Part shown: positions 44,811 through 62,941 of the stretch, piece by piece
How the letters are laid out: each line of letters opens with the position of its first letter
Position numbering within the stretch: the stretch's first letter is position 1
Position numbers and translations under genes: made by a program
DNA from: Eledone cirrhosa
Taxonomy: Eukaryota
NCBI GenBank assembly: GCA_964016885.1
Contig: OZ024746.1
Coordinates: 49,600,001 to 49,664,000, forward strand
Direction: 5' to 3'
DNA: 64,000 bases
Notes under the pieces: model-generated
The model's input: the letters and a program-made list of their open reading frames with translations, nothing else
The model's database searches: none
Told to the model about the DNA's origin: nothing

Positions 44811-45250
44811 ATATTTGGGGAGGGTCATATTTGTGTAATAATATTGCCAGAATTAATAACAGAATACACTCACTGTTTGGTTGGTTTTCGCTTCTGTGTA
44901 TTTTATATCGGTTAATTTAATTTATTCAGTCCTCAATGTTGCCATTGACTGACCAACGGTGATAAGTACAGATACAATATAGACACAAACACATATATAT
45001 AGTCTATCAACGTTCTTTCGTTGCACATCTGCAACATCGTCAGTGGTGCTATTATGTTTCCTCCCGTTGCATTGTATGCTCACGCCATCTTTATTTAGTC
45101 TGTTTATTTATTTTTTTTTTTTTTGTCTTCTCTGCGCATGCGTTTGCGTGTGTGTATAGTGTTTTGTTTGATGTGTGTTCTTGTTTGGGTGACAGTGTAT
45201 TGGTTAATGTATTCTGTCTTAGTTTACTAGTGTGTGTTTATATGTGTTTG
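44806..45250 (-). mobile_element. Family C pLTR copy (HHR ~45009-45046)
   Basis: Reverse complement of ~5660-6107. Confidence 0.8.
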
Positions 45251-45256
45251 TTGTTA

Positions 45257-45314
45257 TCGTTCTGACGACTGAAGACATATAAATATCTGTCTTCAAGAAA
45301 CCACTGGTAAATGA
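45257..45314 (+). ncRNA. Canonical type I HHR
   Basis: TCGTT-CTGACGA-cTGAAGACA..TGTCTTCAa-GAAA-CCACTGG-TA-AATGA. Confidence 0.8.
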
Positions 45315-45657
45315 ATTAATTATCTTATATTGTTTCTTACATAACTAAAAAGGTCTGTAGCCTACATAGAGCACTCTCTTTTTCTTTACCTTTCCTACGG
45401 AAATACTTCATTCATATATATATATATATATCAAGTGTTAACTACAATATATATATTGGTGTAATATCCAAGAATTAAGAGCACTGAGTCTGTAGGGCTA
45501 ATTATCTATTTATGGGGTGATTTCAGAATTACCTGCCCCTAGAACTCTCATATACTATCAAGAATCTCCCCAGCATGTCACAGCATGGTAGGCTAAATGG
45601 GCTGGGGTAGCAACCCAACAAAACCTAAGTACCTGTATATGTCGCTGCTGTCACTGA

Positions 45658-45729
<72 letters not shown>

Positions 45730-46348
45730 TGTATATATATGTATTCCCTCTACGATGTGCCACTAATAAAAGCATTGATTAAACCAAGGCTATAGAAGAA
45801 AACACCTAACCAAGGTACTGCGCAATAGAATGAAACCTGGAATCACGATTTCGACTCTCATTGGTGGTTATGTATTCTGATTTCTCCCCAGTGTGAGTCA
45901 ATCCATTATTTCTCTGCTTCATATGCATCATTTTATTCTTTATCTTTCTATCTCGTTTTGCTCTCCCTCACTTATGAGTGTATTTCTGTGCTGTGTACGT
46001 TTGTAGTATCTGTCACTATACGTGAATAATTGTATGTGCTTCTTTGTATGTGTGTAAGCCCTCAGAAACACAGAATTAACTGCAATATCCTATACATGTG
46101 ATTTTCCTGGTATGTTTTCCTAAATGGCTGTCAAATTCAAATGATTTGCTAGTTATATTTTTTCATTAAATTGTTATGTACGTTGTAGCTTTGCAGATAA
46201 ATATATATTTGGTACATATAAAAAAAGCAATAAAAATATTCCTATTAAGTGAAGAAAATATTAAACCAATATAATTTCATAGTATAAATAGACTTCACGA
46301 AAGTTCTAAAATAACTAATAAAACAACATAAACGTGAAGACAATTCAT

Positions 46349-46413
<65 letters not shown>

Positions 46414-46540
46414 CCAATTGCTACAGACCACATCTTCACTCTCTTTGAATATGACACTATTGATAGCAACAATAATATCAACGTATCTTTATAATTGTTG
46501 TGTACAATAGGAATTTAATAGTGTGTTTAAACTTTGCCAA

Positions 46541-46587
46541 TGCTCCGATGAAACCAAATGGCTCTTTGGAAGAAACAATTGTCACCA
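46541..46587 (+). ncRNA. Minimal HHR, U4C variant
   Basis: TGCT-CCGATGA-aaCCAAA..TTTGGaa-GAAA-CAATTG-TC-ACCA. Same architecture as 1569-1615. Confidence 0.6.
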
Positions 46588-46649
46588 ATAAAATGTATTA
46601 AACATAGATTTGATTGTTCTGTACTTTATACACATATATATATATATAC

Positions 46650-48058
46650 GATATTAAACAAATGGAAACTATATTTATAAAACCATATTTATTTCGTTAT
46701 ATGTATTTCTGGGATATCATATTAAAAATATGGTATGCCTTCCTCAGACAAAACACAATATATAAGCTGTTTTATAAATAATTTTGACATACCTTAGAAT
46801 AATGCAACTTCCATTTAAAAAGTTGATTTGGTAGTGAAACTGTTGAGGACAGTTATAGAGAGAGAAAGACGAAGAAAAACGAAGATAAAAAGAAGAAGAT
46901 CGAGAGATGTATGTAAAGAAAAACAACAGAGCGAGTTAGAGAGAGAAGGAGAAATGAGAGAGAGAAATATATTGAGGAAGTGAAAAAATATAGTAGGCAG
47001 CTTTGGGACAGATGATCCTCGTACAAGTGAGAGGTTAGGAGGGAAGGGATACAGTTAAAATAGCCGACAGATAAATCACGTCCAGTGTAGAGGAGAAAAA
47101 GAAAGAAAGATGATATATTTAAAATATATTATGTCTCATCAATTTGAATTATCAATTTTTATGAATTAGGTATTATAATGTAAATATCAATATTCATGAA
47201 TGAGACACATATCCATAATGTGTGAAAAAAATGACCCCATGCTTAGTTTAAAAATTCTTAGGTCTATAAGCAAAATCTGAGACAAAACTTCAAACATAAG
47301 TATATATGCATTCTCATGAAAAAAGAAAAAAGAGAAAAGAGAAGGTTATCTCAAATTCAAGTTGATAATTATAGACACACATGTGAACTTACGTGATATG
47401 CTCCGCAGATTCTTATTTTTCATGAAAATCTTCATTGCGTTACAAAAGATTCCACCATACATATATGTACATACATATATATATATATATAGACATAAAA
47501 TATACATTAACATTTATAGTAATATTCCTCCCCTCACTTACATGATTATCGATCAAGCAAAGAATAGACAACAGATATCAATATTAAAAATTAAAAACGC
47601 CAAGAATATCTTCGTCACACCACAGAGTATCTAGGGACGTAAGAGAACATAGTATGCCACGCATATCAGTCACATAAAACCACCCTTCCAATTTATTTGA
47701 CAATATGTTGTCAAGTTCAAAATTCTTCTTTTTATCTTCGTTTTTCTTCGTCTTTCTTTCTCTATAACTGTCCTCAAGAGTTTCACTACCAAATCAACTT
47801 TTTAAATGGAAGTTGCATTATTCTAAGGTATGTCAAAATTATTTATAAAACAGCTTATATATTGTGTTTTGTCTGAGGAAGGCATACCATATGTTTAATA
47901 TGATATCCCAGAAATATATATAACGAAATAAATATGGTTTTATAAATATAGTTTCCATTTGTTTAATATCGTAAACCTACTCCAAAAACTGTTGAGTGCT
48001 TTTATATCAGTTATAAAATATTTACTCGTTGTAACCCAACAATTTTAAATAAATCTTT

Positions 48059-48061
<3 letters not shown>
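46650..48061. mobile_element. Family F element with ~250-bp inverted arms (HHRs at 46691-46752 - and 47867-47928 +)
   Basis: 46650-46897 is the reverse complement of ~47723-47972. (TA)n on both sides. Confidence 0.8.
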
Positions 48062-48119
<58 letters not shown>

Positions 48120-48122
<3 letters not shown>

Positions 48123-48336
48123 CGTGTGTGTATGCATATGCGCATATATAGGCAGTCCTAAATCCCAACAAAATGGCTTCATTAGCACATTTTGAAAATT
48201 AATTTATTTTACACTGCATGCTAGATGCAGTGTGAATTAAATTAATTTAAAAAATTTGGTATTGAAAAAATGCACCAAATGAAACCGTTTTGTTGGGATC
48301 TAGGACTGCATGTATATGCGTATATGCATACACACA

Positions 48337-48342
<6 letters not shown>
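48120..48342. repeat. Imperfect palindrome between (TA)n tracts
   Basis: gcagtcctaaatcccaacaaaa pairs with ttttgttgggatctaggactgc. Inner cactgcat/atgcagtg. Confidence 0.7.
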
Positions 48343-48421
<79 letters not shown>

Positions 48422-48453
48422 GTATGTGTGTGTGTGTGTGCATATATATATTC

Positions 48454-48571
<118 letters not shown>

Positions 48572-48694
48572 CTATATATATATATATACATATGAAAAGA
48601 GTTAAGACCCTGAGTACTCTGGTGCGTTATGGTGCATCTGGTCTCTTACCACCACACCTTCATTTTTATATATATACATATATATATATGTGTG

Positions 48695-48829
<135 letters not shown>

Positions 48830-48864
48830 ATATATATATAAATATTTTATATATATATATATAT

Positions 48865-49328
48865 AAAATTTCAAGTTATCAACAATGTAGTGATAATATA
48901 TCGTCACATTAGAGATGAACAGCGTGCGTGTAGGTTTGCTCAACGAGTATAAATTATATTCCGGAGAAAATGTAGAAAAGATTAATATAAAATAAAAGTA
49001 CTTTTATAAAGGAATTTACTAGGTATTGACATATGTTTCTGTAACAGACGGAATGCCTATGTGTCGTTGCTTGCGTAATCGTATGATATTAGCACGTAAT
49101 CGATAGCAAATGTATAATCAGTTGTCACTTCTTCAGAGATATTGGATAAATTTATCCAATATCTCTGAAGAAGTGACAACTGATTATACATTTGCTATCG
49201 ATTACGTGCTAATATTATACGATTACGCAAGCAACGACACATAGGTATTCCGTCTGTTGCAGAAACATATGTCAATACCTAATAAATTCCTTTATAAAAC
49301 CACTTTCATTTTATATTCAACTTTTCTA
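48865..49328. mobile_element. Head-to-head palindrome (centre ~49151) with an HHR in each arm
   Basis: CTGAAGA-aGTGACA...TGTTGCa-GAAA-CATATG-TC at 49165-49273, mirrored at 49023-49140. Confidence 0.8.
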
Positions 49329-49394
49329 TATATATATATATATAACGAAGGAAGTGTGGTGGTAAGGAACCAGCTGGACCATAACGCACCAGAG

Positions 49395-51338
<1,944 letters not shown>

Positions 51339-51395
51339 TATACATGATATATGAAAAAGAACACAAGAGCGTCTACAACATCAAAAGATTTTTAT

Positions 51396-51444
51396 TGGCT
51401 TACAATGTTTCTTCCTTACGTAACCGTAGGATTCGTCAGAGCTA
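51396..51444 (-). ncRNA. Minimal type I HHR
   Basis: Reverse complement: TAGCT-CTGACGA-aTCCTACG gtta CGTAaGGAa-GAAA-CATTG-TA-AGCCA. Confidence 0.7.
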
Positions 51445-51669
51445 TAAAAGGGGTTTGATTGGTGTTATGGACTCTACCAACCAAACATTCAAGAACAAAG
51501 AGTAAAGAGAGTAAAGAGCAAAAGTAGGGGACGATAAGTCTAATTTTGGTGCGGGAGGGTGGGGTGTGGGTCCTTGTTTACTAGCTGCGGTCATATTCAT
51601 TCCCGGGAATATATATATATACACACATTTATATATATATATACATACATACACACACACACACACACG

Positions 51670-51841
<172 letters not shown>

Positions 51842-52553
51842 TAAGCTAAATTTGAATTGGGATATATTTTCTCAAAGGTGTACCATTTTAATGACATTTT
51901 TTGTCGGTTTAAAAACTTTTTTTAATTAGAATTTTTTATTGATCTACTCATTGAATAATGTTTAAAATAATATAGAGAAAAACCAAAAATGAAAATCATG
52001 AATTTCTTGAGGGAATGTTGTCATACGAGAAGAAACTTCGTTATACATTAAATTAATGTTATTAAATCATGAATCAGTATGAATTCAAAGAAAGAACTTT
52101 AATCATAAAAATGTGATGGTGTAATAAATTATTTCGATATTTTTTCCGTCAATGATTTGCAAGCAATTCTTGCATGTTGATAATTAAGTAAATATATAAG
52201 TGTGTGTGTGTATTACATATGTACATATGTATTGCGTATGTATTTTGTAGGAGTTTAAGACATGAGTTCGATTCCCGGACCGGGTGCTGTGGTGTGTTCA
52301 CTATTTATCACGTTTCTCCAGTTCACTCAGCTAGAAAAAGTGTACTAGATTTATCTTTTCCTTTGACAATACTCTTTGCGTAGAGAGGGGACATTGTCAT
52401 GCATGGGCATCTGATGGTCTTCCACAAAATATATATCAACCTAGCCACCATGGCGTCCAAGATTAAATTTGGTGTCACTGAAATCTAACAATATTAACAG
52501 CGGCATTGGGCCACAAATTTTCGGCCATTGGTTTACTTAATTGGTGTCCATTT

Positions 52554-52736
52554 TGGATTGGCGGTATCGGTAGAGCGTCGGACGCCATGCTTTCCAGCAT
52601 AGTTATGTCCCTTTACGATCTGAGTTCAAATCCCTCCGAGGTTAACTTTGCCTTTCATCCTTACGGGTCGATAAAATAAAGTACCAGTAATGCACTGTGT
52701 AATTGCTGGCCTTGTGCCTAAAGTAGAAACAATTAT
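52554..52736 (+). mobile_element. SINE family 1 copy
   Basis: Matches 12625-12815. Confidence 0.85.
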
Positions 52737-52957
52737 TTAACGCCACTACATAATTTGACAAACCAATAGAGATCCTTGATATCTTTCCATGATGCTTATT
52801 TTTTGGGGTGGGTGGGGGGGAATTTTAAACAGTATATGAAACAGACGTGTTTACATCATGAAACTGTTGGTAATGCAAAAATAAGTCTATAATTATAAAT
52901 ACTCAAACCTCCCTCATTAAATGTTCATTGCTTTTTGTCACGTTTGTATATATATAT

Positions 52958-53470
52958 TTATATAAACAAGGTTTAACAAATAATGAAAAAGTTTCAAAAT
53001 AAATTTTAAAAAATTGACTTTACCTACTATAGTTACCTTTACCGATCGGTTTCGAATCCCAAAAATAAACGGAGACCATACGGCCTTCGTTGCAAAGAAA
53101 GATTCTCGTCAGAAGGTTCTTTTCATTCGAAGAATATAAAATTCTTGAATTTAAATTACGAACTAGCGCTATCAAAACTGTTCCTGGGATGAGAGTGGAT
53201 GATTTAGAAACAATTTTTTCAAGGGCCGAAGTAAAGATAGAGGCAGAGGGAGGTAGGTCAAACCGGCCGCAACTATCACTAGCAGCAGTCGGAGCGACCC
53301 AATTTGTCTCAACAGTAGAGGAGAGTAGTAATAATAGGATATGTGTTCCTTCACGCACAAGGCGCTAAGGGACGCATGTATTGTCCAACCAAATGCCAAT
53401 GTGGTTCAATGGCAGGTTAATAAATTAACGAGCCAGAACATATATAAACAAGGTTTAGCAAATAATGAAT
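52958..53470 (-). mobile_element. ~482-bp HHR module with a ~30-bp terminal direct repeat; canonical HHR at 53035-53117
   Basis: Reverse complement: ACCTT-CTGACGA-GAATC...GATTC-GAAA-CCGATCGG-TA-AAGGT. The repeat tatataaacaaggttta(a/g)caaataatgaa occurs at 52959 and 53441. Confidence 0.8.
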
Positions 53471-54443
53471 ATGAGTGTGTGTGCGTGTGTGTATGCGTGT
53501 GTGCCTGTATGTGTGTGAGGCCATTTGTTTACGAAGCTAATCGAAGAAAATCGGTGCAGCTTCGCCTGTCTCTTATTCTGTCAATGATATAATGAGTTTT
53601 GTATGCTAGAAATGCAAACCTATTAATCAGAGTGCACACGTACTTTTATCGGTAAGATAAACGACTATGTGTGAGTAGTGATATCGGTATATCATATATA
53701 CCCTGAGTGGTAAATAGTTTCTGTGCTCCAGTCGGTTAACACCAGTTCCAACTGGAACCACTATTCACAGTAGCTAGATAATATTAGCAAACATTACGTA
53801 ATTTGGCGCCGAATTCACTTCATCAGCGGGTGATTGCCTCCCAAAAATGGAAAGGTTTGTTTAAACAACTCACAGAAATCCAATCGCTGCCATCACAGTA
53901 TTTCAGTCATAGATCAGTAGTGACACGTGACTGCTCCTAAATAGGAGGCCAATCAAAACTGACCATTGTTAGGGAACACGTTGACGGGATATTCAAAGAT
54001 TGAATATAATCCAAGGCACTCAACCAGGATACTGATATAGAAAGCAAAAACAGAGTTGCCAAAATTTGAATAAATAGAACTAGAATAAATATACACTTTC
54101 AACTTTCAACTTACAATCAAATGCATGTCCGTCGCCTGGGAGTTTATATGAGTATTGATTTACGAAGCTAGTCGAAGAGAATCGGTGCAGCTTTGGCCGT
54201 CTCTTTACACACGCATGTATATATATACGCGTGTGTGTATATCTGAATATATTTGAGTGTGTGAGTATGTATGTATACACATGAATATATATGTGTCTGT
54301 CTGTGTGTGGGTGTGTGGGTGTCTTCTAAGACGGACTAGTGTACGACACATAAAGACACTTTTCCTATTATATCAAGCGTTAAACTAATATATTTCTTTT
54401 TTGTATTGTGTTGTATAATATGTTGTTTAAGTTTACTTTTCGA

Positions 54444-54500
<57 letters not shown>

Positions 54501-54513
54501 TGTGTACGTGTGT

Positions 54514-54576
<63 letters not shown>

Positions 54577-54742
54577 GGTATATTGTTATTAACCTAATAA
54601 AGTAAACACTGTTGTTGGGGTCGATAAAATAAAGTACCAGTAATCCACTGGATAATTGCTGGCCTTGTGCCTAAAGTAGAAACAATTATTTGTATAAAAA
54701 CATTACGTATAGCTGTTATCTGTGTATGTTTCGCTTTACATA

Positions 54743-54982
<240 letters not shown>

Positions 54983-55018
54983 TATGTAAAGCGAAACATA
55001 CACAGATAACAGCTATAC

Positions 55019-56727
<1,709 letters not shown>

Positions 56728-56816
56728 TATCAGAGTTAAAAATACATTATGAAGAGAGAAGAAACATTTAGATATAATTAGTAATAAAATGTATCATACC
56801 TAAACTGCTCCTAGAT

Positions 56817-56906
56817 TCCTCGACTACGTAGTTTCGTGGCATAAACAAAAACAATACATCATAAAGATATAGAGTCCTTGCGAGGTCTGCCGACTTATCA
56901 AGAGGA
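56817..56906 (-). ncRNA. Type I HHR with compensatory U3-A8 core
   Basis: Reverse complement: TCCTC-TTGATAA-GTcGGCA...TGCCAC-GAAA-CTACGTAG-TC-GAGGA. Confidence 0.75.
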
Positions 56907-57118
56907 TACCTCATTTTACTAGCTTCAAGAACGCGTCTACACGACGTGAGAAAGAATCCCAAAAGGCGGAGAGGGAGATAGTCACGCGATATAACGGTCG
57001 AGAAACAGAGCTAAGCCTCTTATAACCCCGAAGAAAATACCACGGAGGCGGAGGGGGTATTTATATCGAAGCCGTAGAAGAGGTGGTGAAGGAGGCGAGA
57101 AGTATGAGTAATGGCAGC

Positions 57119-57171
<53 letters not shown>

Positions 57172-57207
57172 GTATAGCTATTATCTGTGTATGTTTCGCT
57201 TTATATA

Positions 57208-57327
<120 letters not shown>

Positions 57328-57499
57328 CATATATATGTAAAGCGAAGCATACACAGATAACAGCTATACGTAATGTTTTTATACAAATAATTGTTTCTAC
57401 TTTAGGCACAAGGCCAGCAATTATCCAGTGGATTACTGGTACTTTATTTTATCGACCCCAACAACAGTGTTTATTTTATTAGGTTAATAACAATATACC

Positions 57500-57560
<61 letters not shown>

Positions 57561-57829
57561 CATCCTACATGCATTGTCTAAGAAAAACACGTGATGATCA
57601 CGGGTGGATCTGCTCAACTAGAGCTGACCAAGGGCTAAATACAATCACAATTTAAATTTAGATTTAGACTCTATTTATAGTGGTGGTGGAGGTTGTGGCA
57701 TGTGGTTTCCTTGTGTGTTAGTGTGGTAGCAGGTGGTAGTGTGTTATGTGGGTTTTTTTTTTATTATATCTGATAGGTAGGGAGAAAGTGGCTGTACCAA
57801 TTACTGTTGCACGTCCTCTGTGTCATGGA

Positions 57830-58440
57830 GGTGAAGTAGATATTCAGTGTAAGTTGTAAGTCAATTCCTGCATGTACAGCATGAACAGGGAAAGAATTCC
57901 AGATGGATGACTTTCTGCTAGAAAGGACTATGCATTATGGCTATTGCATGGCCAGAGAAAGTTGGACACAATATGGGTGATCAGAGCAGGAGAGACAAGT
58001 GAAGCAGTAGTGCTTTAGTGAATATACTATGAGGCCAGCCAGCTCCCATGAGCAAATGCTATTATAGTATCGGTAGAAATATAAGCAAGAGACTAGAGCG
58101 TTTCTGTCAGGCATTTATGCCAATTAGGTGAGTGAAGATTTTCTAAATATAGTCTATGATGTATAAATGTGTGGCCGCACAACTTTCCCAGATATTAGAG
58201 CACTACTCTATTGTGGCTTTTACCTGAACATTGTAGATGGTCGGACGTTTTTATGTATTCAAATGTTTTCTGAATCTGAAGAGAAGGCTCAGTCTGTTAG
58301 ATGAATTTCAAGGTATGTTTAGGATATGTGTTTGACATGAGAGACCATTGATGAAGCCTAGCATTTGTAGCCAACACGTAGACTCTCTAATTGCGTACAA
58401 TTTCTGTTTAAGGGAGGTGAGGCTCAGTGATGTTTTAGTT
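57830..58440 (-). pseudogene. Decayed CR1-like LINE C-terminal fragment
   Basis: Minus-strand TIYNVQVKATIE*CSNIW and SIWNSFP resemble CR1-group C-terminal motifs. Confidence 0.55.
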
Positions 58441-59527
58441 CCATACACATACAATCAATAAAACAAATGAACAATAGCAATGAAAATAAATTTAATTTTG
58501 AAAATATTTACGATTGATATCTGACGTTTAGATACAAGACTAGAAATTTATAGGTTTTTAGTATGTGTTTCTGTTATCTATATACCTCTTTTTATATAAT
58601 AAACTGCTTACGTCAATTGGATTTCGCTTTCTGAGGGTTAAATCCATTTGAAATTTACCGGTGGGGCTTGCTAGAAACCAAAGCTCTTTGTGGGATAGCC
58701 TAAATGTAGTTACGTAGCGATAAGGGGACAAAGGTAAACAGATATCTTTACGATGACATAAGATTCTTATTTAAACCCAACCGTTGTTGCTTTTGTTGTT
58801 ATTTTTGTGGTTATTGTTATTGTTATATCATTTTTTTTTTTAGCCACAACCAGCACTGATGAAAGGGACATAAGATCTGGGGTAGTCATCATCGTCCATG
58901 TTTTTTATGTCACGTGTAGTTTTATGATACATATAGAAATATAGAAATGTACAATATGTCTTTCATGTTTTTAACATGAAACGAAAGGTTATTGCTCATT
59001 CGTTTGCATAAAGCTTTATATTTTGTAAAGAGAAATATGTACTCAGTTCATTAACCAAAATATATTACTGGTACTTATTTTATAGATGTACCCTATTTTA
59101 TGCTTCAGCAACAGGAAACAACGTTAATCGTAGAAAACATCGAATTCAACCCGAAAACAGACACAAGATTAAAAACGTTAGATTGCCAACTTCACTGCTC
59201 TTAGTCATGAGAAGCAAGAAAATCGATGGCACTATAGCCATTATGTATGTATGTATTCGAGAAAGATGTTAAGATGAAAAATGTTAGGAAAGATGAAACA
59301 TATTTCACGTTAGCTTCTGATGCTTGGCATTTTGGAAGAATTTCAAGCGAAAGTATTTATGAAGAATATTTATGGAGACGATAGATGAAGAGAAAGCATT
59401 TACTTTTTTTCTTCTTCGTTTGTTCAAAAGACCTTTTGTTGTATAGCCTATGCGTATATGTATATAAGCGTTCGTGTATATGGGCTTGCACGCGTGAGTA
59501 TATGAACAAATATACATATATATATAT

Positions 59528-59601
<74 letters not shown>

Positions 59602-60903
59602 GGGATAGATTCATACATATAATCGTACATACATATGTATAGTCTCCTGTGAGTGTGTGTACACATATATATATATATATAAATATACAAAAATATGTGT
59701 CTATATGTATGTGTGTGTACGTGTATGTGTGTACTTGTGAGTCTGTGAGTGTATATCTGTGTGTTTGTTTGTTTGTAAAACCCAAGTGTCACCTCAGACA
59801 TTTGTCACTTTCAATAAACTACACAAGTAATGTATCAAGAAAGAAATGGTGACAACTAATGGTAACCTTTCTCTTTTATAAATCGTTCCTCTCCTCTGGA
59901 ATTATTTCAAGCTGAACATTATCTTTGTTGTTTTTGCTGTTCAACAAGCTTGATTCGGCAGAGCTTTCCTCAACATCATTCTAGTTATGAACATGATCAG
60001 TATTTTGTTAGGCATAATGCATCTCATTGTACATTATCTAATATCTCTTATCTTTTTGAAGTAGGTAAGGTGTGTTCAGAAAAAGATTGTGCTGCTATTT
60101 CCAGCAAAGCAAATGACCGCATACAGGCCTTTTTTTTGGCTCATTGTTTACTGTTTATTTCTCTATATAGATGTTCTGTGGCGAAGAGTATAAGGTATTG
60201 GTTTACCTACCCGTTGGTCTCTCGTTCAAATCGAATTTACTGCTAGTGTTTCATTGTTTCAGAACACTAGATACGGTTTTCATATATAAATTGAAACTAC
60301 AAAGCCGTTTGGGTGCAATTTTTTTTTTTTTTTTTTTATTAGAATTAGATATAAAGTATTACATCGGTATATTTCGGTAAACTTGTGTTCCTCAAGATAT
60401 GTAAACATTGGAGACAGAATTCATTCTTATTTTTAAGGCTTCCACTGTAGCACAAACCCCTATAACAGCGTAATGTTTTCGATCACAATATGAAGTGTAG
60501 CGAATACTAGACTTTGAACATGAAATTAATCAAATTATCAGGTTGTGTTGATGTCATGATTTGAGAGTCAACAGAGAGCGTTGACGTCTTGGACGCCTCG
60601 GTGTGCTTAACTATTCATTGAGCCTTAGTTTCAGTTTTGAATTCAGACTGTAATGTTCAGCTTCGTGTCACCTTTAATCCAACAGAACTATGTATGATTA
60701 AAAGCGATTGAGTTATAACCTTCCTACCTAATATATTCTAGCTGAGTCTACTGCAAACAACACTATCGAATGCGTTCTTTAAAAAGGACGAGTAGACATC
60801 ATTTAAGGACGATTTCCATCAGGATTTTATCAGGTTGATAGAATATGTTGTCTTCCCGGTCTTCTCACCGCAGACCCTCCATATATATATGTATGTATGT
60901 GTG

Positions 60904-60938
<35 letters not shown>

Positions 60939-61073
60939 ATTGCTTTGATTTAAACAACAGGAGGCCAGACTGGTGATGTTCCTTTAAAGCTTTGTTGTGA
61001 CAAAAACACTATATATATATTTCAATGGCCTGATTACGGGAGATCTATTCTGTGGTGGACCACTAAACACAAA

Positions 61074-61120
<47 letters not shown>

Positions 61121-61544
61121 AGAAAGATACTGTGGCATCCAAATTTTCAAAATACAAAGTTGAAAGGACCTTAGGAAATGAAATAAGGGGTAGTAGTGTA
61201 AGATAGAGGAACAGAGAGAGAGAGAGGGGGGAAAAAGAGAGGGAGAGAGAGAGAGAAAAGGGACGGAGGTAGGGAGAGAAAGAGAAAGAGATAGGGTGGT
61301 GTGAGAGGATTTGTATAGAATATAGTTAAGTTACAAGAAGGAAGGGGGAGGAGGGTTGTGTGCTAAAAGTTGTGATGAGTAGAGGGAGCGAGAAGGAAGT
61401 TATAATTTTAAGTGGCAGTTGGTAGTGGACAGGCGAAAGTTTTACCAGAGAATAGATGAAGGAAGAAAGTATTAAATTTCATATATAGTCTATTTTTAGG
61501 AGTGTAGAATTGTTATTTAGGGTAGAAATGGAAGAGAGGTAGTG

Positions 61545-62938
61545 TTAAGATTTAGTTGAAGGTTTGAAGTGTGAGAACTTCGCTTTTAGTTTATGCTGGC
61601 AAAAGATTGACCTTTCAATTTTGTTGTTGTGTAGTTGGTGGCCTGAGCTTAGGATATGGAAGAGCTCATTATTACACATCGGGCACGTTTTCATCCCACT
61701 CCGGTATGGAGGAGCATGTGAGAGTTTGGTCCATTTAAGGGTGTATTGTCGGTTACTCCCTTTTAAGTGCCAAATTTTGTCGGCGAGTGTCGTTACGTAA
61801 CGGTGTTGGGGGTGCTTTATTGCGTAACGATGCGTGTACCAACGAGTTTTGAAGGTGTTTGCAGTGCTGCCTATGTAGTGCCAGGTTTGGTTGTCCGACT
61901 CAACCGAGCACCTGTACACTAGGTTTGAATGCAAACATTCGTTATTCAATGGACAAGTCTCTGGAAGGTGGCAATTACAATTTCTGTTATGGGCAGTGGT
62001 GCAGTTATAGGTGGGCTGGGATGTGTGTGTGAGTGTGTTTTGTGCATACTGTTTGTTAGTGGGTGGTTGTGTATTAGGTGTATTATTGTGTTGAGTGATT
62101 GGGGTGTTATTGTTACGGAGCTTTTTGGCGTTGGGCATCTTAATGTGTGCGTCTAGGTTTGGTGCAGTGGAATAAGATAGTCTAATTGTTTTGGTATTGA
62201 GTATACTACTATATTTAGGTGAATTTGGAAAGTGTTTTCTTATAATTTTGTAGAATGTGGAAGGTAAGTTAGAGCTAATAGAAGAGTTAAACATAGGATT
62301 ATACCAAATGTAAGATCTAGTCCGTGTTCTGTTTTGCTTTGATGTTGCTGTTGTATTTGTGGTGTGGTTAGTATTAGGGGGTCTAGGTGCGTGTGTGCGG
62401 GTGTTTGTGGGGCGTTTGGCGTGTCTATGGTAATGTGTTTTATGCTTGTGTCGGTCTATGTATTCTAGTTTGTCGGTGTGGCCAGCCCGTTCTAATGCAG
62501 TGTTGTAATATTCAGCGTGTTGATAAAATATTTGTTGGTTAGATGAGAGGCCGGATATTCTAAGTGATATACTATGTGACACGGACCTTATAATAGATAG
62601 TGGGTGGTTAGAGCTAGTGTGGATGTAGGTGAGGTTCTCATTGTTTTTGTGAAAGGGTGTGATAATTTGGGTGTTGAGGTTGAAGGTGGCATCTAGGAAG
62701 TTAACTACTTTGGTACTATATTCGTAGGTGATTTTAAGGCCAAGGCTATCTAGGGTTCTTCTAATGCTCTTACGGGTTCGCTCTATGTTTTGTTTAATCA
62801 TGTTTTTAACTAATAGGAGAGCATCATCTCTATATATTCCGCCTTGAAGGTAACTAAATTTATTATGTAAGGTGTGGGCTATGTATATACCAACAATATC
62901 CGTAACTTGTGCTGAGTCATTAGCACCCATAGTTATGT
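61545..62938 (-). pseudogene. PLE RT C-half, Cys linker and GIY-YIG endonuclease
   Basis: ITMGANDSAQV, GIYRDD, VNFLDATFNL, YIHTSSNHP, IWYNP, CNC...CPLNNEC, LVYRC...YIGST and CPMC...CQH motifs. Confidence 0.9.
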
Positions 62939-62941
62939 GGG

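Noticed and set aside
53700-53831. HHR-like motif on the minus strand
   Set aside because: Core and GAAA are present, but stems II and III are too weak to support a call.
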